DNA of 60,000 nucleotides from contig NC_045696.1 of assembly GCF_009834535.1 (NCBI RefSeq), positions 120,902,001-120,962,000 of the forward strand, given 5' to 3'. This document shows positions 50,183-60,000 of the stretch, one piece after another. Made by a program: the position numbers and the translations under genes. Source of the DNA: Camelus ferus. Taxonomy: Eukaryota. The notes beneath the pieces were generated by a model. The model ran no database searches and was not told where the DNA came from. It saw only the letters and a list, made by a program, of their open reading frames with translations. The first letter of the stretch is position 1. Each line of letters opens with the position of its first letter.

Positions 50183-50309
50183 GGGATTTTGGAGTTTCCC
50201 GACTCCTAGTGGGCTCCTGCGATCTCGCCACCACTTTAGCTGGAACTCCCCATTATATGAGTCCAGAGGCTCTGAAACACCAGGGCTACGACACAAAGTC
50301 TGACATCTG
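50183..50309 (+). CDS. NEK11: NEK11 coding exon, 127 nt (phase 1 to 2): (G)DFGVSRLLVGSCDLATTLAGTPHYMSPEALKHQGYDTKSDI(W), the activation segment
   Basis: Acceptor tatttcaag| and donor CTG|gtgagt. Contains the DFG, GTPHYMSPE and KSDIW motifs, in frame with the preceding exon. Confidence 0.96.
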
Positions 50310-53300
50310 GTGAGTGGGCCTGGGCCGGTCTGGGTGATGTACGTATCTGCTGCCCTGAGAAAACAGTGCATTTTGTTTTGAGGCTCTTTTACTTACTACA
50401 TCTACTCACTTTATTGCTTTCAGTATGAGTTATTCTGTGACCATTATGAAAGAAGGTCTTTTGGATTTAGAACTTGATATATTCCATTAAACTGATTTCA
50501 AAAATTCTCTTTATTCATAGATTAACTGGTTGGTTTGGATTTTTTCTTCTTGAACCACAAGGGAAAGTACTTAATGTATCATAAACATTAAATTTTGATA
50601 TGTTTCTGCTAGCCTATTACATAAAGCATTTATAATTCTAAACACTGTGCTTTATTTCATTTTAAGGTTAACTTCCACCTCTGAAGTTTTCCTTTATTTT
50701 TTTGTCTTCTTGTTGCTTTTAAGAATTTTTACCAAAGATATTAGCCTTAAGGATAAATGTTTAAAATTCTGGGTTTTCAGTGATAGAGGCATCTGAGATT
50801 TCTCAGCTTCTCTGAGCTCTGTCCCAAAGGAATTTCTTCTTCATCATCATGGAACCAGTTTAAATCTCAATGCAAAAGCCTTGTGGAAAATTGTAGTCTG
50901 TTGTTAGCACTAGATCCTATTTGGGGACAATTTCCTTTCCTTTGAAGAGGAATCTTATGTAATTTTCAACTTGTTAAGGGTTGAAAGGACAATTTAGCTG
51001 AGAGCTTGTTAATTAAGTAAATAATTATTGTATGCAAATCAACTTAAGTAGTTCTGAGCTTTCAAAGATGAGCGTGCGAAAGATTGTGCCCACTTGGCTC
51101 TTCAAAAGAGGATCAAGTGGAAAGCTACCTTGTCTCTGGTTAGGGGAAATAAGCAGAACAGGGCTGGTGCCTTGCTATTTCACAGAAGTCGTCACTCCTG
51201 TTCTTGTGCTGGTCCCTCCCTGGGAGAGAGCACTGTCAGGACTGGGGCTGGCTGGGGCGTCTCTTGTCCATCCTGTCCCTTCAGTTCACTCTTCGTTCTC
51301 CAGAGGCTTTTTCACTGTTAACTAGTTTCCATCCTCGTGGTCTCGTGCACTTTGCCTCTCATCTGTCCTCTATCACAGCCGTCCTGATTCCCTCCAAAAA
51401 CATAAACAAAACCAGACAAAAGCCACAAAGGTGTGTCCAGATGAATGTTGCTGTAAATTTTCTTCATTGACCACCTACTGTTTGCCCGTGACTGTGCAAC
51501 AGCCCTTAGAGTGTAAAATCCAAAGTGACAGGATTCCTGCCCCTCAGGGGAAACCTTCTTGCTCTTTTTGGGGTAACTTTCTCCAGGTAGGGAAAATCAG
51601 TCTTGAGCTTTGGATTGAATTTGAGTTACATACCTGTATCTCTCTTCACACTTTTTGTTATTATTAGGGACATTTAAAAATAGATTTAAACATAAAATTT
51701 CATGATTAAGGTTATATGGTATCTCAGGAAGATGTTACATCATGTCACTTGAATTAAGAGTAAATTAATTTGTGAAGTTTATCATTTAAGTCTTTGGAGT
51801 TACATATAGCAAGAAAGCTGGCTTCTTTTGACAGGTAGCTACATCTGCTTACCAAATCAGTTGGCTGTCTCCCAGAACACGGAGGCAGCAGAACCCACAG
51901 AGTGGGGAGGAAGCATAGACTCCTTCACCTCAGCTGTGTCTGGCTTACCTCTTTTTGAAAAAACTGCTCCTAGTATTGCATAAAGAACCATAGGCATATC
52001 AGACAGTATCACTATAACATTTTAGGCTTACAAAAATGATATCTGATGCAGGCAAAACTTGAAAAAGTTAACACCTCCAAGATATAAAAATGTGGGAGAA
52101 TTTTAGTGTATTTTTGCAAGCATTAGGTCAGTTCTCCTTGCAGAGGTTACAAACTATTCAGCGAGTACAAGCTAAGGATTTATCATCATCCTGACCCCAA
52201 ATAACTACTTTTTTTTTTTAATGAATTTAGTAATTACCTTGGTTGTATCTGAATTAAAACAGGCTTATCTGGTAGTGAAATTTCTATTGCTGAACCTAAA
52301 GTGGAAAAAATAACAGAGAACTATAAATTATAGTGGCAGATATATAGGTGTGATGAGTAAGCTTTGGGAGACACTCTTAGAGAATTTAGGTTGAATGGAG
52401 TTGAGAACCTTTCCTCTGAATCTCAGTGTGTTGCATCTGTTTACTGTGGAATATTTTTGTAGGACTGTAAACACTTCTGAATAATTGACAGATGTTTTGC
52501 TTTAGCATTAATAACTGTACATATTTATTTATAATGCTCAAAGAAGAAGAACTGGCATGATACTAATTCTATTTTCATCTGTTACTGGTTGCCCATATGT
52601 AACCTTATCCTCCTGCAATCTGCTTAAACCTTTTGGGATTCATTTATTTATAGCAATCAAGTACAGGAAGTCCCTTTCTTAAAAGTGAGTTAGATTCTAA
52701 AGGTTTATAATTAGTTCTTTTTGGAAAGGATAAGATAATTAGGTTCACTGAGGACAATACTTTGAACACTGCTGATTTGTATAAGGAATTACTGAAACTT
52801 TTTTCCCCCACAGGAAAAATATATGAATTGAGTTCCTAGGCCAGCTTTTAAATTGATTTATTGAAGTTCAATAGTTAGAATTTATTATTTTCGTAGGACA
52901 AAGAAAGGACAATACTATTGGAATAGTGGTGCTGTAATTAAACAGAAAGGAAACAGACTGTTCCACTGTTGGCTTTATTTGTCTTATTGTGAGAGGTCAA
53001 CCAGATGGCCCTACATTCTTTGGCTGACTTAAGTGGAGGCAATGGTGTGGGAACAGTATGGGTGTCAGAGTGTACTGAGAAGCTCTCTGGGTTTTGCTCA
53101 GGGACCTGATATGGCAGTTGGCTGGACAGGGGAACTGGAGGAGTCTAGTTCACACCCAGCATTGGAGTCAGGCTGTAGTGAGCTTGGACGGAAATGTAAG
53201 ATGAGGCTTAGCCACAGGGAGAAGACAGGGAGGAACCAGCACCTCACAGAGGAGCATTCCCAGGGTGGACAGGGGAAGAGGGTGGGGAGGGAAGCAAGCC

Positions 53301-53974
53301 TGTCTTCCGGTGAAGGATTTAGGAAGGGAAGAAATACAGGCCAGCCTGGCAGTGGTTCCTGTGCTGATGGGGGGCCTGCAAGTGGCTGACAGCCAGCAGC
53401 CCCGTCAGCTGCTCTCGTGAAGGAAGCTCTGGGGCAAGGAAGCCCGTTCCGCTCACCTGCGCAGGGTCTGGGCAGTTCCAAGCGGATTCAGAAGCAAGTG
53501 TTGGGCAGCTTCAGCTTCCTGGGGGTGAGCACAGGTGTCACTGTTTTCACTCAGCAGAAGCTGAGGGTGGAAAAGCTTTCAGCTGAAGGTGGAAAACCTG
53601 CAGTCAGTTGGAGTATTAATACATTTTTTCAGTGATGAGCATGAAGTGACTGCTACAAACCCTGTGGAGAACGTCGGTCTGGCGTGGCAGATTTTAGAAA
53701 TGGCGTGATGCAGCAGCAGCAGCAGAACCAGGAGGAGCTACCTCTGCGGGGCGCTCACTCTGTGCTAGACAGCCAATGTGCTAAGTGCCTTATATACCCT
53801 TCTAGGTGTATTTGTTATGGCAAAGATAATAATACTATAAAGAAGTTTACAACCTGCTTTTTTTTTCACTTAGCAAAAGAGAGCATTGCTCTGTATCAAC
53901 ACAGTATATCTACATCTCATCTAAATGTTTGCACAATATTCTGTACCTGGACACAGTCATTTGTTCAACCAAGA

Positions 53975-54780
53975 CCTTAATGTTTTCTCTCAAGACTTTC
54001 TCTTTGTCTTTGTCTCTCAGCATTTTTACCATGATGCATCTAGGTGTGGATTTGCATTTATCCTACTTGGATTTAGTTGGGATTTTTGGACATGTAAATT
54101 AACATCTTTCATCAAACTTGATCAGATTTGGAAAGTTTTCAGCCCTTCTTTTTTTGAGTGTTTTTTTCTCCTCCTTCTCTCTATCTCATCTTTCTGGCCT
54201 CCCATTATGTGTATATTGGTGTGCTATCTGGTTTCCCACATGCTCTGAGGCAATAATCATTTGTTTTCATTTTTCTCTCTGTTCTTCAGATTGCATAATC
54301 TCTGACAGTCTGTCTTCAAGTTCACTGATTCTTTCCTCTGGTGGTTAAAATCTACTGTTGAGCCCCTCTGGGGAATTTTTTGTTTTAGTTACTGTTCTTT
54401 TCGGCTCCAGAATTTCTATTTGGTGTTTGTTTGTTTTTTTTAATATATATAATTTCTATCTGTTTACTGATACTCTCCAATTGATGTGACATTTTATCAT
54501 ACTTTACTTCTTTAAACATGGTTTCCTTTAGTTCATTGAATCTATTTTTAATGGCTGCTTAGATGTCTGTATCTGACTTCTGGGCTGTATCTGACTTCTG
54601 GGCTCTCTTGGACAGTTTCTGTTGCCTGTTTTCTTTTCCTGTATATGAATTGTTCTTTCCTGTTTCTTTGCATGTCACTAAATTGGTGAAAACTGGACAT
54701 TTTAGTGATATATTGTAGTAACTCTGGACACTTACTCTCCTCACCTCTCTGGGGCTTGTTGTTTGCTTGTTTTTTCATTT
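53975..54780 (-). mobile_element. Old L1 ORF1/5' region, with an 18-bp tandem duplication at 54567-54602
   Basis: ctgtcttcaagttcactgattctttcctct and ctccagaatttctatttgg are the typical antisense L1M ORF1 pattern. Confidence 0.75.
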
Positions 54781-54799
54781 AGAGAGTAAACCCCTTTAA

Positions 54800-55210
54800 T
54801 TTGGGTAAGACTGTGATTACGGCAAAATTGATACCATGTAACTTCTGAGTCTAGGTCATAAAAGGTGACACAGCTTCTGTCTGAGTGCCTTGAGATCCAC
54901 GCTCTTGGACTCCAGCTACTATGTGTTAAGGAAGCCTGAGAAGCACATTGGGAGGCCAGTGTGGAAGGAGCCTTTACCTCTGGTCTTTAGCCCTGACTGG
55001 GCTTCCAGACGATGCCAACACCCGTCAGCCAGCTTGGAAACGGATCTTCCAGTCTCCGCTGAGCTCGCCCAGCAGGTGCCGTGGGGAGCAGATTCACGCC
55101 TTCCCTGTCAGTTTCTGAAAGCATAGATTCATGAGCAAAATTCCTGATTATTGTTGTCTCCAGGCACTAAGTTTTGAGGTGATTTATTATGCAGCAGTGG
55201 TGACTAGAAT
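54800..55210 (+). mobile_element. MaLR LTR (MLT1F/G/H-like)
   Basis: aacttctgagtctaggtcataaaagg...cactaagttttgaggtgatttattatgcagcagtggtgactagaa. Confidence 0.75.
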
Positions 55211-56427
55211 GGGGCTTTATCAGGAGGACAGCAAGCAGGAGTTGAGACACAGCTTCTAGTCTGGGTGTCCATTATGACCAGCTGGCACTGTTCATTTTTT
55301 CTATTTTAAAAAGTTCAAAGAATGGCTTAAGAGAAGTGGCTTGTGCCAGGAGAGCTGTCCGGTACTCTGCGTGTAGGTGCATTTGATGGATGGAGCCCAC
55401 AGACCTGGGAGCTGAGAGCCCTGGACCAGCAGCCTTTCCGTGTGCCTCAGACTCGCTCTTCACTCCCCTTGACTCCCCTTTCTCCCGCTGGTCCCAGCCT
55501 TGGACCACCTTCTGACTCCAGCACCATCGCTCCATCTTTCCCATAGCTCAGTGGTGTGCTCAGACCAGCTCACAGGACTCCACCATCCACATCTCTTCTC
55601 AGCCCCACAGAAATCAGTAAACGCTACAGATCAGGGCTTCCCTTCCCACCCAGAAAGCCAGTTTCCAGGATGTCTGGCTCCCTTGGCCTTACTCCCTGTT
55701 GCCCGTGGGTGTTCACAGAAAGAAAGAAACATCAAGACGTGTTAAGTTCTGATCTTTGTCCTCAAAAGACTGACAGACACACAACTTGCCTTATGTTGTT
55801 ATAGAGGAAAACAAGGAGGCCCTGATGTACGGGAGTGAGATTCACTCAGGGTGAGGGTGCAGAGCATCCGCTATTGTCTCAGAGTAGATGATGCCTGCTC
55901 AGCATGTGGAGGGATGGAGGAAAGTCTGACAAAATGCCTTAGAAGGACCCAGTGCCCATGACTGGAGGTGAGGGGGTGTCCACTGGGGAAGGGGCTATGA
56001 AGGGTGGGGAGAAGGCTGCCCAGAAGAGTCACTCAGTCTTGTCACTCACAGTGGGCCTCAAATGTGTGTATCTGAAGTTATCTTCAAATGAGTTCATATA
56101 CGTTAAAGGTGTTAGTGTATTAAATGTAAAATTTTCAAGTATTTTAGAAAATATAATGAGAATTTTAAAATAGTTGCAAGTGACCTGGGCTTTCTCTGCC
56201 TCCGGAAAGACCCTGGAGCACTGCGAGGACACGGAAGCTTAGTGATTCTCGGCGCCTTCTGACAACTGAGGACAAAGTGTGCGTGTGTTGGAGAGGGTGG
56301 GGCAATAAATTCCTGAGACTGAAGAGGTGGAGTTCACATGGTGCATGGCCCGTGGAGTCGTGCTAAGGAGCCTGAACTTTATGTTCTGGGGCAGCGGAGC
56401 TGCTGAAGGCTGTTAAACAAGGCGATG

Positions 56428-56750
56428 GTATATTAGTCAGCTTTGCTGCAATAACAAAGAGCTCCAGGATCTCAGGTCCTTATGAAGTGTGCTCCTCCTC
56501 AAGTTACAGAGGACTGCACATAACAGTGCCCTGCTCCAGGTTTCCCAGGTCCAGGACTCAGGCTGTGCCCTGACCCGAATGAGCCTGTCTAGTGCTGAGG
56601 GAGGGAGCAAGGGCTGCGCCATACCAGGAGACCGCAGGCAGAGCTTCCACCTGGTGTCCCGTGCCAGTGACCAGGAAGGCCATGTGGCCAGTCCCCATGT
56701 CAGCAAGGAAGGAAGTGCACTCCCCTCCCCTGGAGAAGGATGGGAGGGGT
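56428..56750 (-). mobile_element. MaLR LTR remnant (MLT1-like)
   Basis: Terminus tatattagtcagctttgctgcaataacaaa and internal gccatgtggccagtcccca. Confidence 0.5.
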
Positions 56751-57519
56751 GAGCAGTCTGCCAGGAGAGTTGGTGTTACGGTGACACCGGACTCAGGGAT
56801 GGAGGACAGATGGCAGTGGGGAGAAGTGGTGTGGAGACAGAGGCAGAGGAGCAGGCCTTCGGGTGAGTCGGCGTATTCTGCTACTTCTGGCACTCTGTCC
56901 ATGTTACAAGAGCCTCCAGAGGCAGTGAGAGATGATGGACACAGTCGGAGCAGTCATTCACAAGAGGGTGAAGTCTTATGCCACAGGGGCAGTGCGTGCT
57001 GTTCCCACGTCCAGCCCTTGTGGGGTGGGGGCCGAGAGAGGAGCAGCGGCAGTGGAAGGGCCCTCCTTGCCTCTAGCCCCCTGTCCACCTGCTCTGAGCA
57101 CTGCCCACACTCACATCCCACACGTTATGGTTGGCGTGGAGTCTGTGACCGTGACCCCAGGAATAGCTAAAGATGCAAAAAGTCTCTCTCCTCTGCCCCC
57201 TGTGATCGCCTTGCCCTCCCCTCTTCCCCCTGGTGTTGATCGTGTCCTCAGTTCTTCCGTTGGCCGGATTCTTCAGGTGTGGAGGGCTTGGGAACACCAT
57301 GGTGGAGGGAGATGAGACAATCCTCCTTCACACATTGTGATGCTCAGTTGTGGAAGAAGGTAATTAGAAAGAGCTGGTCTGAGCAGCATGTGAAATCCAT
57401 CCAAACTTTGTCCCTAAAATTATATGAATTTTCCCCAAAACACGATTCTATACTGGGATGATATCGTAGCAGGAATGCATTCACTTTTCATTACTCTTTT
57501 TAAAAACTCAGATCCTCAG

Positions 57520-57628
57520 ACACTCTAGCCATGTTTTGAGTGCTCAGTAGCCACCCATGGCTTGTGGTTATGATGGACAGAAATGGAGACCATTTCCGTC
57601 ATCGCAGAAATTTCCCCTGGACAGTCCT
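57520..57628. mobile_element. MER3-like fragment
   Basis: ctagccatgttttgagtgctcagtagccac...catttccgtcatcgcagaaatttcccctggacagt. Confidence 0.65.
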
Positions 57629-59769
57629 GAGCGATCGTGCTCCAGCCCCTTCAGGCCTCACCCTGGGGCTCTCTTGCATTCGCCCTGCCTTTGGATTGGG
57701 TAGAACCCCTGAGGTTTTAGCCTCAGATTGGTCCCTGTGCTCTGCAGTGAGTACCTGTTGACTGTTCTGGGGGTCCTTCAGTCACTGCCTTGATTCTTCT
57801 GCTTCTTCTCAGTACTGTGCAGGGCACATGGCAGTTGTGGTCTGTCTTCATGCTCTCAGACTTTGAGGTTCAGGGAGACATCTTGTCACCTGACTTTGTT
57901 GAAAATGTTGGCCCTGGTTTTTGGTTTGCTATTTAGCTGCTGTTTTATATGGGGATTCAAGGAAGATCCAGAAACTGTGGTCCCACTGTGGCCACCATTT
58001 TCCCCCAAATACTCAGAATCAGCATTCTCACAAAATCCTTGGGTGATTTGTATGCATCTTAAAGCTGATAGAGGTTCTGAGACATGATGAGTCCTTAATA
58101 AACAGGTGCTGTATAATATAGCTTCTTAAGTGTTTTTTCAAGCAGCCCAATGTCTTTCATTATATCCACACTGAGTATATGCTGATATTCAACTGCACCT
58201 AGGTGTAAAGACTTTTGTTTAGTAACACACTGAAGCAAAACCTACTACTCTCGTATTAAATTTCTATTACTCTATTTATTCACTGCTTAAATTGGGTATA
58301 CTCTTTTCTAGATGCATGTGTTAGGGTGGTCCTTGATTACATCAGATAAAAAATATTATCTAGAAGGTCAGTAAAACTTCCCCAACCAGAGTCATGAACC
58401 GCTGTGGGGTAGGCTTCCCTTTGCAAAGTCAGGGCAGATTTCAAAGGGTAAATTTAGTTACCTCGTGAGAAGGGGAAGTCTAAGTTACATTTGCAATTCA
58501 TTATCAATCTGTGCTTCAGAAATCCTCTGGGCAGTTCTGGTTGACTTGGACAGATGGCAGGTTTATGGAATTCAGGCATAATTTACTTCATGGGCACCTG
58601 ATCCCAGCCTTTCCCGTTTTCTGCCACATTCACCCCCTCAGGGATTTATTTGCTAATTTCTTCACAATTGACCATATTTCAGGAAAAGAAAGGAACGCAG
58701 ATCACAGACTGCGAAGTAATAGGTCCCTCTTGTTTTTCAGCTCATCTTCTGGTCGCACACCCTTCCTTGCTCTTGCATTGCCATATTTAAGATTCTCGTT
58801 CTCAAATAAGGGAAAAGTCTTTGAAAAGGATAGAAGTAATGCATTTGCAATGATGTAATTATCTCCAGATAATAATGCCTGGTTGGCACTGGAGAAAATA
58901 AAAACATAGACATATAGGTACTCAGACAAAGAGTTACTAGGATAACAAATATACATAGCGGATAGATTGTAAAACTGGTACAGGATAATTACAACATCCT
59001 TCACCCAAGTGTCGCGGTCGTTTCTACAGTCAGAATGTCTCCTATTTCAGTTACCGACTCCCATCCCAGGCAGGTGGGCGGGGACCAGGGCAGGTCCCTC
59101 TCCACATGATACTGGTTGATAAATGAAGTCTCCCCACGTGCTCAAGCCCAAGTAGATGTCAGCAGATCAGAGTAAGGTGGGTAAACGGAAAGCAGCATGC
59201 CTCCAGCGTAGCTGAGAGGCTTTCCATAAAAGAGAATCGTTTTGTACCCAGGTTGATTACTGAGTTATCCTCTAGATCTAATTGTTCATAGTCTGTTTAG
59301 CCAGATCTTTTTATAACCTTAATGCATTCATCAAATGTGGCTAAGATGGAATTATGTCTCCATAGAACCAGGGTTTGACTTTTTGATCAACTCACTGTGC
59401 TTAATAAACCACTAACCCCCTTTCCCTGCCAAGCAACAGAAAAGCAAAGGCCAGACTTGCCTGCCTTCCTCTTCTTTTGCCCTGGAAGGCCTCACTGTCT
59501 GTGTGCCCTATATTTGCCACGGTCCAATGCCCTGTGAGGCTTGTCTCAAGCCCCAGGGACTTGTGAAGGTGGGTTATGGTTCCAGATAGGACCTGATGTA
59601 ATCTTGGAAAGTCAGCCCCTGCCTGAAAGGCTTCTGTCAGGGCTAGACAAGATTGCCAACTCAAGAGAGTCCTTACAGTCGGAAGTGCTCTGTGAGTGCA
59701 GCACAGAGAGGTGGGCTCGCACAGAGTTTGTGTCTCTCGAGCCAGACAGCCTGTGTTGCATCTCTGGCT

Positions 59770-59960
59770 CCACCGCCCACTGAATACGGAGCCTCGAACA
59801 ATTTACCTAATTTTAGGGTTTCCTCATCTGAAAAATGGGAATGATAATAATAGTTCCTGCTTCAGTGGGACTGTTGTGAGGATGATTAAATAAGCTTCGA
59901 TATGTGAGGAACGTAGAACGGGGCCTGGCTTGTAGTGAACACCATCATTAAAGTGTCAGC
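59770..59960. mobile_element. MIR
   Basis: MIR core gggtttcctcatctgaaaaatgggaatgataataatagttcctgcttcagtgggactgttgtgaggatgattaaataag. Confidence 0.8.
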
Positions 59961-60000
59961 TGTCATTTTCATCATTATTGCCATTGTGATTGCTGCCACT

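Larger units (their letters stand above)
1..60000 (+). other. NEK11: Internal part of the NEK11 transcription unit (introns plus 4 coding exons); start and stop exons lie outside the window
   Basis: Four in-frame exons found. No N-terminal G-loop exon was seen upstream of 22460 and no subdomain IX-XI exon was seen downstream of 50309, so both flanks are inferred to be intronic. Confidence 0.85.

Noticed and set aside
52660..52900. Possible Tigger-like DNA transposon fragment
   Set aside because: Only a weak resemblance at one terminus, too uncertain to call without a Dfam search.
56437..57315. Cluster of long overlapping ORFs (up to 192 aa)
   Set aside because: These lie in GC-rich, degenerate MaLR/L2-type sequence that is depleted of stop codons, with no protein homology evident.

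Overview
Mammalian genomic DNA, very probably camelid (alpaca/llama/camel), judged from four copies of a Vic-1-like tRNA-derived SINE and an artiodactyl/camelid-type L1. The whole window appears to lie inside the + strand NEK11 (NIMA-related kinase 11) gene. Four internal coding exons of 166, 119, 65 and 127 nt (22460-22625, 33613-33731, 49192-49256, 50183-50309) splice in frame with GT-AG boundaries. They encode the kinase core from the beta3 lysine (KVLKE) through HRDLKSKN, DFG and GTPHYMSPE to SDIW. None of these exons appears in the ORF track. The rest is intron, rich in L1, CR1/L3, MIR, MaLR/ERVL/ERV1 LTRs, MER DNA transposons and simple repeats. I see no new multi-gene system. The most unusual items are a 3.15-kb composite L1-derived insertion flanked by a single target-site duplication (HAL1-like or transduction structure), a well-formed candidate 28-nt poison micro-exon, a SINE with an extra 5' segment inside its TSD, and a weak acceptor plus an activation-loop substitution in the DFG exon. 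Repeat family names and boundaries come from by-eye recognition and are approximate.
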